This document shows positions 23,091 to 35,910 of a stretch of DNA of 64,000 nucleotides, piece by piece. The translations under genes were made by a program, and so were the position numbers. Below the pieces are notes generated by a model. It did no database searches. It was given only the letters and a program-made list of their open reading frames with translations, and had not been told where the DNA came from. This stretch comes from Scyliorhinus canicula (taxonomy: Eukaryota): assembly GCF_902713615.1 (NCBI RefSeq), contig NC_052152.1, positions 41,639,810-41,703,809 on the forward strand, in the 5' to 3' direction. Within the stretch, counting starts at the first letter, position 1. Each line of letters starts with the position of its first letter.

Positions 23091-23539
23091 AAATTATTTT
23101 TCACTGCAGGGATAATCCATTGATGCCCTGTAGGAAACTCTGATTGGTGGAATCGTTGGTTCCTTGAAAATCACACCCATCTCTAGCCAGGGTATGGCCA
23201 AAAGTAAATATGGCAAGATACAACACCTATACGTAGGCTCCACAAATCTTATCCCAACAGCAAGAGATTTCAACTGTGATTGGAGAGTTGCTCCATAATG
23301 AAAGGAGCATTCAGGAAAAACTCTGTAATTGAATTCATGCCAGCCTGAACTCTTCCCCTGATATAGTAGCCAAGTGCCAGTCTGAAATTCCACTGCCCCA
23401 GAAGCATTTCTAAGGGCACAGGAAGACACCATTTGGTGAAATGAGTGAGCAAGTGGCTGTCCCACCCTGTCTCACTTACTGCAATGGAGTCTTTCTGGGA
23501 GGCAACACACTATCCTGGAGTCATGGGGTCATATGCTCA

Positions 23540-23721
23540 GGGGCTGGTTTAGCTCATTCGGCTAAATCACTGGCTTTTAAAGCAGACCAAGCAGGCCAGC
23601 AGCACGGACCGTAGCAGCCTCCCCGGACAGGGGCCGGAATGTGGCGACTAGGGGCTTTTCACAGTAACTTAATTGAAGCCTACTCGTGACAATAAGCGAT
23701 TTTCATTTCATTTTCATTTCA
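23540..23721 (+). mobile_element. Second tRNA-derived SINE family with (TTTCA)n tail
   Basis: ggggctggtttagctca head and attttcatttcattttcatttc tail. Near-identical copy at 35326-35512. Confidence 0.75.
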
Positions 23722-23921
23722 TAAATATGATGCTAAGAAGGCATTCTGGGGCTTTGCAATGAAACCAGTAAGGGGCAGAAATCTGGTGAATAAGTTGCTG
23801 CTCTAAAACTCTCTCCCCTAACTGGACTGTGTTGATTCCGTATCCAAGGTGGGCCCAATTTCCGAGGTTATAGTGTTTTTATTGGGGATGGGATATCGGG
23901 AACATATTTTAAGAAGCTAAA

Positions 23922-24306
23922 GTTGATGGAACCATCAATTCAACGAACACGTGTAGTTGGATCTGAACAGAAGCTTTAATACACTTACAACAGAGCCAGC
24001 CTATTCGTCGTTGAACTTCAGATGAACTGGCAGGCTGGCTCTAAGGCACCGATCTTTATACATCGGTCCCAGGGGGAGGAGTCCTGGGCGGAGCCAAGGG
24101 AGGAGCCCAGTACAAACTCTCGCGTACTCCCAGAGCGACTCCCCCTGGTGGTCGGATAGTGCAACTGCACTTACAATGGTGGATAGTGAACAGCACGGAG
24201 TTATATTGGCAGCTATATGCAGCATTGATCTTACAACGGGTAGATAACGAACATATATACATGGAGTGATATTGGCAACTATATATAGTGTGAATCACAT
24301 TCACCA
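23922..24306 (-). mobile_element. Solo LTR, family A
   Basis: Shares ccatcaatt, gggcggagcc and gtgtgaatcacattcacca with 61353-61649. Confidence 0.6.
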
Positions 24307-25015
24307 CAAAATTATTTCAACAAGATAATTCGAATTCAAGGTTAAGTGTTTGTGCCCTGCAAAGCCTTCATAATAGAATGGGTTACAGCAAGGTCATTTG
24401 CCTGCGGCATAATGTGAGTGGAATAGTCTAACATTTACTGACATTGAACTAGTGTAATATGTCCAAGATTAATGCTATTGATAACCCTCATAAATTTCCT
24501 TCTTGGGACATTTCCAACTTTATGGCGATAGGTTATCAAGATTATTGGTGATGTTCTGCCATCACAATTATCTCATAGACTAGCTTCAAAACAAATGCTG
24601 GTTCTTCACAGCTTGGTTTCTCTTGACTTAACTTGATGCAACTCATTACGAAAGCATGAAAGCATCTGGCACAGTTGCTATAAGCCAACCCCTGTAGTGA
24701 TGTGAGACCAGGTATAATCTTACTTCCACGCCGTGACTGGATAACAATAAAGTGGAAGATCATTTACCCTTTGGGAGGCAATATTCCATCAATGTTATTC
24801 GCATACAATTCAGATGCAGGTTCAGGTTCCAAAGAATGTGGGATTGCCTGGGCAAACTTTTGTGGCAAGGATGACCATGCCTGAATTGTAAAGCTTCAAA
24901 TTTGCTTTGGAAAATTGTTTGCAAAACATCAACTTATATTTATTTAACACCTTAAATGGAATAAAACCTCCGGGATAATTTTACAGGATTGTGATAAAGC
25001 AAAATCAGACACCGA

Positions 25016-26035
25016 GGCTCAGATTTTCAACACCCACGGCTGATGTCACATAGGCGCCGCCGTCGCGTCATTCTCGGCGCGCCGCCTTGACGCAAACGTC
25101 AAGGCCCGGCGGCCGAGAATTACGGGGCGCTGCTCCTAGCCCCCCGGGTGGGGGTGAATAAGGTGCGAGGAGCGGCCTCCGAGGCCGTCGTGAAACTCGG
25201 CCGAGTTCACGACGGCCTTCCCGATTTATCGCGGGAGCGGAGAATTCCGCCCTTAGTCTCCCGGTGGGAGAATTTCGCCCTGGATTCCTGTCCGTAGATT
25301 TTCCATCTTTTCACTCCAGCTGTTTTAAACAAAATAAAGGTTTTAAACAGAATACTCACAATGGGAGCTGATGCACTATCAGTGACCACAAAAACGAGCT
25401 TTCGGAGCACTGCTCCTTCCTCAGGTGGCACTCAGGTCGATCCAGGTTCGGCGCCAGCTTTGCTGTCATGAAAGCCCACGAATTCTGGGTGGCCGTCAAC
25501 ACTTAGGGCTGGATTCTCCGATTGACGACGTCACCTGAGGCCCTCCCCCGATGCTCCGCCCCAATGGGCCAACTTCCCGACGGTGTGGGACACGTGTGCT
25601 CACAGTGGGCCTCGTGTAGCAGCCGCCACAATCGAGGGGTGGGGGGGGGGGAGGGGTTTGTTCCGCTCGCCGGGGGAGCTGCGGCGGTGGCTGGGAGGAT
25701 TAGTGGGGGTGGTCCGGGGTTGGCTAGGTGGGTTACAGGGGGAGCACTATCTGGCAGGCCGGGTCCACGCACGGCGCCGCCATGTTGTACGGCACGACAA
25801 CGCAGGTCGCTGCCATGCGCATGCGCGGCCACGGACACGGCAATTCTGCATCCATATCTGCAGGTAAAGCAGGGGTCCTTACGTGGTGCGGTTGCTAGCC
25901 CCCCCCCCCCACCGGGCAGAGCATCAGTGCGGGGGCGCCGTTGACATTTTGGTCGTAAGACTAGACACCTGCTCCGGACATTTCCTCAAAATCAGAGAAC
26001 CTAGCCCTTAGTCTCAGAAATGGAGAATCCAGCCC
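25016..26035. mobile_element. Cluster of Harbinger-type MITEs (about 25016-25279 and 25506-26035) with a short Penelope-like end between them
   Basis: gggctggattctcc ... ggagaatccagccc TIRs at 25506 and 26035, and ggagaattccgccc at about 25239-25252. Confidence 0.7.
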
Positions 26036-26198
26036 ATTATCTTTACCAATCTCTCCATATCACCTTCATGATATTGCCATACAAATTTATTTAGCAGTTA
26101 TACTTCATGCAAAAAAGTAATATTAAAGTCTGAAGTGCTGCTTTGTGGTATGTTAGTCAACATATTTTTTAATCCATGTCCTCACTTACACTCAACAG

Positions 26199-26303
26199 GT
26201 CTTGCCAGTGATAAACTACTGTGGACAATCCCAATAGTTAGTGGTCTAATTGCACTGATGGTGTTTGTGGTTGCTCCAGTGATTTGTACATGTTCAATTT
26301 TGA
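26199..26303 (+). CDS. Transmembrane exon of the VJ-C1 receptor
   Basis: ctcaacag| acceptor and A|gtaagt donor, phase 1-1, 105 nt. (G)LASDKLLWTIPIVSGLIALMVFVVAPVICTCSIL includes a hydrophobic stretch of about 23 aa with no charged residue. It sits in a unique-sequence island between repeats. Linkage to the C1 exon is inferred from phase and order. Confidence 0.8.
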
Positions 26304-26344
26304 GTAAGTACCCATGTTTTTTTAGCTTTCAATCTAGAGTCATA

Positions 26345-27140
26345 GGGCAGGATTTAACGGGAGGAAACCGAATGCCATTTTGGGTGCATTTAGCGGGTTA
26401 TTCCTCGGCACCTGCAGCACTGAAAATTACCCCGCTATCAAACAGGATTCTGGGGGTTTTTTGGCCTTGGCGAGGAGAGCCCCTCCAAGGCTGTACTTAC
26501 CTCATTTCCCTTTTCTTAAAATGCCACCCCGAACTCTTGACCCCACTCGGACTCCCCACCACAGCCTCCAGGCTCCCCCCCCACCACACTTACCTGTTTA
26601 GGAGTGCTCGAGCCACCCCACCCCACCCCCCCCCCCACCTCATAATGGCAGGGCATCCCCAGGCCCGATCCCTGGCATGACCAAACTGGCACCTGGACAC
26701 TACCAGACTGGCATCCTTGTAGTACCCTTGCCAGCCTGGAAGTGCCACATGGACACCTTGGCAGTGCCATGGTATCCAGGCTGTGGCAGGAGTGCCAGGG
26801 TATCACCCTGCCAAGAGCCCGACCGCCAGGGGGGTGGGGGCTCCGATGGCTTGGGAGACCCCCACAGGTGCTGTCATGCCTGGCCCATGTTTGTGTGGAC
26901 CAGTGCTAAAGAGCGCCATGGCGAGGTCTCCCAGGCACAGGCGTTCGTAACGGGGCCTCGGGGGCATCAGACGCCAACATATTTAAATGAGCCGTTAAAG
27001 TAAATCTGGATGTCGCCCAGCGAGGGCGAGATCCAAATCGCAAAGTCTCAATCTCGCAAGGCGTGCTGAGTGTTGTAAACCTCATGAGAGATCTCTTGTG
27101 AGGTTTCGCCGCATCACCAAGTCGGGTTCAACAAGGCCGT
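26345..27140. mobile_element. GC-rich MITE-like element immediately downstream of the TM exon
   Basis: gggcaggatttaac start and GC-rich interior. The right boundary is approximate. Confidence 0.5.
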
Positions 27141-27560
27141 TCGATTGATCTCATTGAGTTTGACAGCACTAAAAGTGGCCCTTTGGCCCATCATTTGTGT
27201 TCCACCCATCAAGTACCTATCTATTTCAATCCCATTTTCTAATCAAAGTTTATTTTTAGTCCAAAAAAGGCTATTGCAGCACATTTGCAGTTTTGTATTA
27301 CACTCAGAGGTGTATAGTCACGGTTTCGCATATGAAGCAAACACACAAGTCTAATGCCACAAATTGTTTGATTAAGACAATCTGACGCTGCAGACTCTTC
27401 CGATGTAACTCTCTGGTTCTTCAGAGATCACTGCGACTCGGGATTATGGGAGCCATTTGCAGGCTGTTTATCGTTTTCAAATGAATTTTACTGGAATTGT
27501 CGGCAAGCAAGTTAATCATCCAAAATTAATGTGGCTGATCAGGAGAATTTCAATATATAT

Positions 27561-29168
27561 ATATTTTTTTAAAATAATTTTTATTGGAATTTTTTACAGA
27601 AAATATAAAATATAACAACAAACAATGAAATGCAACAAAATAACCCATAGCAACTGCAACACCCCCCAGACCGCCTCAACGCATGTATCATATCCCCCCA
27701 CCCCCCCAACCCCAACAAAAGAACTTAAAAATAAATTAAAATTAAATAAACAAACATAGTCATCGTCTCCCCCCCCCGACCCCCTTTTCCCTCCCCCTTC
27801 CCCCCCTCCCCCCCCCAGGTTGCTGCTGCTACTGTCCCAGTACCCTATCGTTGAGCCAGAAAGTCGAGGAAAGGTTGCCACCGCCTAAAGAACCCTTGTA
27901 CCGATCCTGTCAGGGCGAATTTGACCTTCTCTAGCTTAATAAAACCAACCATGTCATTGATCCAGGTCTCCACGCTTGGGGGCCTCGCATCCTTCCATTG
28001 TAGCAAAATCCTTCGCCGGGCTACTAGGGACGCAAAGGCCAGAACATCGGCCTCTTTCGGCTCCTGCACTCCCGGTTCCACCCCAACCCCAAAAATTGCG
28101 AATCCCCAGCCTGGCTTGACCCTGGATCCTACCACCCTCGACACCGTCCTCGCCACCCCCTTCCAGAACTCCTCCAGTGCCGGGCATGCCCAGAACATAT
28201 GGGCATGGTTCACTGGACTCCCCGAAACCTGACACACCTGTCTTCACCCCCAAAGAACCTACTCATCCTTGTCCCAGTCACGTGGGCCTGGTGCAGCACC
28301 TTGAATTGAACACGAGGAGGAAGAATTAACCCTCTCCAGGGCATCAGCCCATGTCCCGTCTTCGATCTGTTCCCCCAGTTCCCCTCCCACTTAGTTTTCA
28401 GCTCCTCTACTGACGCCTCCTCCACCTCCTGCATAACCTTGTAGATATCAGATATCTTCCCCTCTCTGACCCAGACCCCCGAAAGCACCTTGTCACTCAC
28501 CCCCCCTTGCGGGAAGCAAAGGGAATCCCTCCACCTGCCGTCTAGCAAATGCCTTTACCTGCAGATACCTGAACATGTTTCCCGGGGGATCCCAAATTTC
28601 TCCTCCAACTCCCCCAGGCTCGCAAACCTCCCATCAATAAACAGGTCCCTCAGCTGTCTGATGCCCACTCTGTACCAACCCTGAAATCTCCCATCAATGT
28701 ACCCCGGGACGAACCTATGGTTCCCCCTTAACGGAGCCTCCATCGAGCCCCCCACTTCTCCCCTATGCCGCCTCCACTGCCCGCAAATCTTGAGGGTAGC
28801 CGCCACCACCGGACTCGTGGTATACCCGGGAGATCAGGAGGAGGGAATTGGGAGGCTCCCGTTTAAGAGGGCAGTGAAGAGTTTCAGATATCTGGGGGTG
28901 CTCGTGGTATACTCATGTCTTCATTCTCCCTCAGAAAATAAAAGGTGGGCAGCACGGTAGCATGGTGGTTAGCATAAATGCTTCACAGCTCCAGGGTCCC
29001 AGGTTTGATTCCCGGCTGGGTCACTGTCTGTGCGGAGTCTGCACGTCCTCCCCGTGTGTGCGTGGGTTTCCTCCGGGTGCTCCGGTTTCCTCCCACAGTC
29101 CAAAGATGTGCAGGTTAGGTGGATTGGCCATGCTAAATTGCCTGTAGTGTCCTAAAAAGTAAGGTTAA

Positions 29169-29199
<31 letters not shown>

Positions 29200-32100
29200 G
29201 TTGGGTTACGGGTATAGGGTGGATACGTAGATTTGAGTAGGGTGATCATTGCTCGGCACAACATCGAGGGCCGAATGGCCTGTTCTGTATTGTGCTGCTG
29301 CTGTTGTACTGCTGCTGCTGCTGCTGTACCTCGTAGGAGGGAGCTGCCACGGCGCCGTTACCAGGGCCCCCAGGCTTGCATCTCCACAGGACGCCCTCTC
29401 CATCCGTTTCCATGCTGCCCCCTCCCCCTCCATCACCCACTTGCGCACCATCGACACATTGGCTGCCCAGTAGTACCCCGGGAGATTGGGTAACGCCAGC
29501 CCTCCCCCATCTCTACCCCGCTCCAAGAAGACCCTCTTCACCCTCGGGGTCCCATGCGCCCAAACAAAGCTCATGATGCTGCTGGTCACCCTTCTAAAAA
29601 AGGCCCTAGGGATAAAGATGGGCAAACACTGGAAGAGGAACAAGAACCTCGGGAGAACCGTCATTTTGACGGACTGCACTCTACCCGCCAGCGATAGCGG
29701 CACCATGTCCCACCTTTTAAATTCCTCCTCCATCTGCTCCACCAGCCTGGTAAAATTAAGCTTATGGAGAGTCCCCCAACTCCTGGCCACCTGCACCCCC
29801 AGGTATCTGAAACTCTTCACTGCCCTCTTAAACGGGAGCCTCCCAGTTCCCTCCTCCTGATCTCCCGGGTGTACTACAAATACCTCGCTCTTGCCTAATT
29901 TTAACTTATAGCCCGAGAAGCACCCAAATTCCGCTAACAGCTCCATCACCCCCGGCATTCCCCCTTCTGGGTCCGCCACATACAACAGCAGGTCGTTCGC
30001 ATACAGCGATACCCGATGTTCCTCCCCACCCCGCACCAGACCCCTCCATCTCCGTGACTCCCTCAACGCCATAGCCAGAGGTTCAATCGCCAGTGCAAAG
30101 AGCAAGGGGGACAGGGGGCACCCCTGCCTGGTCCCACGGTAGAGCCTAAAGTACTCCGATCTCCTGCCATTTGTAACTACACTCGCCATCGGAGCCGCGT
30201 AGAGCAGCCTCACCCATTTGATGAATCCCTCCCCAAATCCAAACCGCTCCAGCACCTCCCATAGGTACCCCCACTCAACTCTATCAAACGCTTTCTCTGC
30301 GTCCAGCGCCACCACTATCTCCGCCTCCCCCTCCACTGCCGGCATCATGATAACGTTTAGCAGTCTCCGCACATTCGTGTTGAGCTGCCGTCCCTTGACA
30401 AATCCTGTCTGATCTTCGTGTATCACCCCTGGCACACAATCCTCTATCCTGGTGGCCAGGATCTTCGCCAGCAACTTGGCGTCAACATTAAGGAGCGAGA
30501 TAGGCCTGTATGATCCACACTGCAAGGGGTCCTTATCCCGCTTTAGGATCAGAGAGATCAGTGCCCGCGATATGGTCGGGGTCAAAGCCTCCCCCTCCCA
30601 TGCCTCATTGAAGGCTCGCACCAGCAGGGGACCCACCAGATCCGCATACTTTTTATAAAATTCCACCGGGAACCCATCAGGCCCCGGGGCCATACCTGAC
30701 TGCATTTGTCAAATCCCCCTGACTAGCTCCTCCAACTCTATTGGCGTCCCCAGCCCCTCTACCAGCTCCTCTTGAACCCTTGGGAAACATAGCCTGTTCA
30801 TGAAGCTCTCCATCCCCTCTCTCCCCATCGGAGGTTCCGACCGGTACAGTTCCTCGTAGAAGTCCCTAAAGACCCCATTTACTTCTCTCCCCTTCTGCAC
30901 TACATTCCCATCCCCATCCGTCACTCCACCAATTTCCCTAGCAGCATCTCGCCTATGGAGCTGATGCGCCAACACCCTGCTCGCCTTCTCCCCATACTCA
31001 TATACCGCGCCCTGCGCCCTCCTCCACTGTGTCTCCGCCTTTCTGGTGGTCAACAAGTCAAATTTGGCCTGCAAACTTCGTCGTTCCCCCAGCAACCCCT
31101 CCTCCGGTGCCTCCGCGTATCTCCTGTCCACATCCAGGAGCTCCCCCACCAGTCTCTCCCTCTCCCTCCTCCCCCTCCTTTCCCTATGGGCCCGGATGGA
31201 GATCAGCTCCCCCTGGATCACTGCTTTCAGAGCCTCCCAGACCATCCCCACCCGGACCTCCCCCGTGCCATTGGTATCATGATACCCCTCAATACTTCTC
31301 CGGACCCTCCTCATCAGCCAGCATCCCCACATCCAGGCGCCAGAGCGGGCGCTGGTCCCGCGCCTCTCCCATCTCCAGATCAACCCAGTGCGGAGCATGG
31401 TCTGAAATTGCTATGGCCGAATACTCGGCACCCTGCACCTTCGGAATCAATCCCCTGCTCAGGACGAAAAAATCTATTCGTGAATAAACCCTATGGACAT
31501 GGGAGAAAAAGGAATACTCCCGCGCTGTCGGCCTCCCAAACCTCCAGGGATCCACCCCTCCCATCTGGTCCATGAATCCCCTCAGCACTTTGGCCGCCGC
31601 CGGTCTCCTACCCGTCCTTGAACTGGACCGGTCCAGTGGGGGATCCAGCACTGTGTTAAAATCTCCCCCCATGATCAGGACCCCTGCCTCCAGGTCCGGA
31701 ATGCGGCCCAACAAGCGCCTCATGAAGCCAGCATCATCTCAAATCGGGGCATATACATTAACCAGCACCATCTTCTCTCCCTGCAGCCTACCCTTCACCA
31801 TAATATATCTGCCCTCCTTGTCCGACACCACCTCAGCCACCTCGTACGCCACCCTCTTCCCCACCAGAATCGCCAACCCCCGGTTCTTCGCGTCCAATCC
31901 TGAGTGAAAAACCTGCCCCACCCACCCTTTCCTCAAACGAACCTGGTCCGCCACCTTCAGGTGGGTCTCCTGGAGCATAGCCACGTCCGCCTTCAACCCC
32001 TTCAGATGAGAAAATACCCTAGTTCTCTTAACCGGCCCATTCAGCCCCCTCACGTTCTAGGTAATCAGCCGGATCAGAGGGCAACCAGGCCCCCTTCCCC

Positions 32101-33719
32101 CGCCGACTGCTCGCCCCAGGCTAGCCCGACCCGTTCCCCATGGCGATAACGCCTCTCCTCTACCTCCCCGGCCCACGCCAGCTCCTTCCTGACCATTCCA
32201 GCAGCAACCCGGTATCCCCCCCCCCCCCACCCCCCAAGGCTAGGACACCTCCTAGCCGCGACGCACCCTCCATGGTACTTCCGTGAGTCAGCTGACTTCT
32301 GCTGACCCCGGCAGCTCCCGCCAAAACCTATCCCCTCCCGGCATGGAGTCATCCCCCTCTTGCCACACCTCCTTGGCACCGCTTCAGCGCGGGAAAGAAA
32401 ACCAGTAGAGGCCACGCCCCCACCGCCAGCTCCGTCCCCCCCTGCCCTGCGGCACGGCAAACCAGAGGAAAGCCCGCGCTTTCACACTGCCACACCCCAC
32501 CCTTCTGACGCAGCTCCCCAAAATCCAGTTTCACCCCAACCCCCAGCCCCGTACAGAAAAGAACATATAAAACACAAACCCCCAACGTTCCCCACATACC
32601 CCACACCCATACCCAACAAACAGACCCACCCGGAAACAGAGCAAAAAGAAAACCAGCATAAAAAACACACATGTCAAAGTTAAAGAACAGCAACAGCGAA
32701 AACAGGAACGGCCATAGTGTGTCCTCAGACCCTAGTTCGAGTCCAGCTTCTCCGCCTGTACAAAGGCCCACGCCTCCTCCGGGGACTCGAAGTAGTGGTG
32801 CCGGTCCTTGTATGTCAACCACAGGCGCGCAGGCTGCAGCATTCCAAATCTGACCTGCTTGGCATGCAGCACCTCCTTCGTCCGGTTGAACCCGGCCCGC
32901 CACTTTGCCACCTCCGCACTCCAGTCCTGGTAGATTCGCACTACCGAATTCTCCCACTTGCTGCTCCTCTCTTTCTTGGCCCAACGCAATACACACTCCC
33001 GGTCGCTGAATCGGTGGAACCGCACCAGCACCGCCCGCGGGGGTTCATTTGCCTTAGGCCTCCTGGCCAGCACTCTGTGAGCTCCCTCAAGCTCCAGGGG
33101 CAAATGGAAGGACCCCGCTCCCATCAACGAGCTCAACATCGTGGTCACGTACCACGGGAGATCCGATCCCTCCAGCCCCTCCGCCAGGCCCAGGATTGTC
33201 AAATTCTTTCGCCTCGTGCGAATGTCCAGCTCCTCCAAGCGGTCTTGCCACTTTTTGTGAAGTGCCTCGTGCAACTCCACTTTCCCCACGAGGACCACGG
33301 CCTCCTCCTCCCGCTCAGCGGCCTGCTGCTGCAACTCCCGAATAAACACCTCCTGGGCCGCCTGGGTCCCAAGCAGCTTGTTAGTAGTCGCATTCAGGGA
33401 GTCCAGCAGCTCAGCCTTCAGCTCCGCAAAACAGCGCAGAAGAGAAGCTTGCTGCTCCTGCGCCCACTTCCACCAGTCCTCGGGTGTTCCACCGGCCGCC
33501 ATTTTGTCTTTCTTCCCCCGCTTTTCTTGGGAGCTGCTGCAGCTTTTTCCTTTGCCCCACTCCGGGTGAGCACCATAAATTATGGGGAATGCTCCTCTAG
33601 ACACCTTCCCCCACCGGGATTCGTCGAAACAGTGTCGTTTGGGGCCCTCAAATCGGCCCAAAAGCCCTTAATTAGCGGGAGCTGCCGAACGTGCGGCTTA
33701 GCTCCGCATAGCCACAACC
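27561..33719 (-). mobile_element. Second near full-length L1 of the same family, 12-bp TSD, with nested composite insertion
   Basis: TSD ttcaatatatat at 27549-27560 and 33728-33739. ORF1 32732-33661 is intact. ORF2 EN and RT (29206-30705) fragments closely resemble the first copy. The terminal ~7 nt of the 5' end are missing. Confidence 0.95.
28944..29326 (+). mobile_element. HE1/V-SINE-type SINE with CR1-like tail and (CTG)n, nested in L1
   Basis: gggcagcacggtagcatggtggttagc head, V-domain core, and ggccgaatggcctgttctg CR1-like tail. Confidence 0.85.
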
Positions 33720-34640
33720 TGAATTCCTTCAATATATATTTTAATATGTTCCCATACGTCCCTGTGAATTATCATCCTTTATCTTACTTCCCTTTCCTTG
33801 ACAAAGTACTTGGACATCCGTTCTATGTCTTTGTCATCATTGTCATGTCATTGGACAATAAAATGTTGCTGATAAAAATTGAATTGCTGTCCATATTTTA
33901 ACTATAGCTTCCAAATCCATGACCATCTTTCACAACAATTCGCTGTGCGAATCTCTCCAGTCAGTTTTTGGCCTGGCACATCGATGAAACAAAGTCCATA
34001 TTTGGATAAACAAATATCCATAGAATCCCGACAAAGCAGAGGGAGGCCATTCGGCCTCTGGAGTCTGCACCAACCCTCCAAAAGAGCACCTGATCTAGGC
34101 CCATTCTCCACTCTATCCACGTAACCCCACCTAACCTGCATAACTGAACAAATTATATCCTCTGACTGTGCGAATTACAATGGTTCATTATCCCTCCTTG
34201 AGCCAGAGTACTTCAGTCACCTGATCCTATAGTTTAGAATCTCTTCCATAAACCCTTTTACTTCCCTGTAACACCCTCCTTATAATTCATTTCTTTCACT
34301 AAGCTATGGATCCCCCCTCCAGGGTCTTTCTTTCACTCAGCATTCATCTTTTTTCTTTCCAGTTCGAGGAAAATGTTTTGGGACATTTCAATTAAACATA
34401 ATTGCCTTTTCAAAGGGCATTCATTTCCTTACTCGCCAAAAGGCCTAGTAATGAGCCTCAGACATGGTGAAGTCAATGCATAATGAGGTGATAGATATTT
34501 GTCAGAAGCCTTTTATTAAAGAACAACATAATCAATTATCCAAACTGTTATTTGGACTTTATTGTAAAGAAGAATACAAGCGTTCTCTGGTTCCTGGCTA
34601 ATATTTATGTCTTAACCTATATCACTAAAATCTAGTTATT

Positions 34641-35232
34641 GTGTGGGCTGTGCGTGGGGAGGCCCACGCACCATGTTCACTCGTTCTGGGCATGTCCAAA
34701 ACTGAAGGGGTTCTGGCAGGGGTTCGCGGACATAATATCCAGGTGCTGACGTGGTCCCGAGTCCAGAAGTGGCAATGTTCGGAGTGTCGGAAGACCCGGG
34801 AATCCAGGGACGAGAGAGGCCGATGCCCTGGCCTTTGCCTCGCTGATAGCCCGGAGACGGATTTTGCTTGGGTGGAGGAACCCAGAGCCACCGAAACCGG
34901 GGGTGTGGGTGAGCAGACTGGCAGAGTTAATTAGGTTGGAGGAAATCCAGTTTGTCTTGAGAGGGTCAGTCAATGGGTTTGCCTGGAGGTGGAAGCCGTT
35001 CATCGACTTCTTCAAGGAGTATTGAGGTGTCAGCAGGGGGAGGCTGGGGGGAGAAAGGGGGGGGGGGGTAAATGGGTTAAAATGAGGAAGACAGGATGGG
35101 AGAAGGGGAATGGCAGGGGGGGTTGGGGTGTTGGTTAGCTAGTTATTTAACATGATGTTCCTGTTCGTTCTTGCTCTTGTTTTTGTTTATATTTACTGTT
35201 TATAGAATTGCCTTAATAAAAATGTTAAAAAG
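34641..35232 (+). mobile_element. 5'-truncated L1 3' end with 13-bp TSD
   Basis: aaatctagttatt at 34628-34640 and 35233-35245. Encodes a decayed L1 ORF2 C-terminus, with AATAAA and an A-rich tail. Confidence 0.85.
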
Positions 35233-35325
35233 AAATCTAGTTATTATCACCTTCCGTTATTTGGGATCTTGCTGTGTAGGATAGCTTGACTAATCTTTGC
35301 TCCAACTCGTATTTAGACACTCCTA

Positions 35326-35512
35326 GGGGCTGGTTTAGCTCACCGGGCTAAATCACTGGCTTTTAAAGCAGACCAAGCAGGCCAGTAGCACTGTTTGATT
35401 CCCATACCAGCCTCCCTGGACAGGCGCTGGAATGTGGCAACTGGGGCTTTTCACAGTAACTTCATTGAAGCCTACTCGTGACAATAAGCGATTTTCATTT
35501 CATTTTCATTTC
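35326..35512 (+). mobile_element. SINE, (TTTCA)n-tail family
   Basis: Matches 23540-23721. Confidence 0.75.
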
Positions 35513-35721
35513 CTCCTGGCCTGTTTGGCTGATTTTTCTCCTCAAGCAAGTCCTTCTACATTCCTTGCTAAAATAATCTCTGAGTCCTGCATTCCTTCTT
35601 TGAAAAGCAGGCCAACCTCCCACAATAACCCTCCTCTACCTAGTTGAACTAACAATCACTTTGGGCAACCTTTGTTTTCACTCCAGAAAATGGCAAAGTC
35701 AGCAGATTTCACCTGAATTCA

Positions 35722-35910
35722 GGGGTAGCAATGTGGCACAGTGGTTGGCACTGCTGCCTCACGGCACCAAGGACCCGGGTAGAATCCCGGCCCCGGGTCA
35801 CTGTCAATTGGAGTTTGCACATTCTCCCTGTGTCTGCATAGGTCTCACCCCCACAATCCAAAAACGTGCAGGGTAGGTGGATTGGCCCCTTAACTGGAGA
35901 TGAAAAAAAA
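35722..35910 (+). mobile_element. SINE with poly-A and 13-bp TSD
   Basis: atttcacctgaat at 35706-35718 and 35911-35923. Confidence 0.85.

Noticed and set aside
4474-26198. A second C1 exon (SIRP-like V-C1-C1 architecture)
   Set aside because: No further Ig-like reading frame is visible in the ORF track or by eye. A short or degenerate exon cannot be fully excluded.
27253-27470. Possible extra cytoplasmic exons (IQKRLLQH...EVYSH; KITATRDY...)
   Set aside because: Weak acceptors or donors and no convincing motif. The TM exon already splices in frame to 37504.
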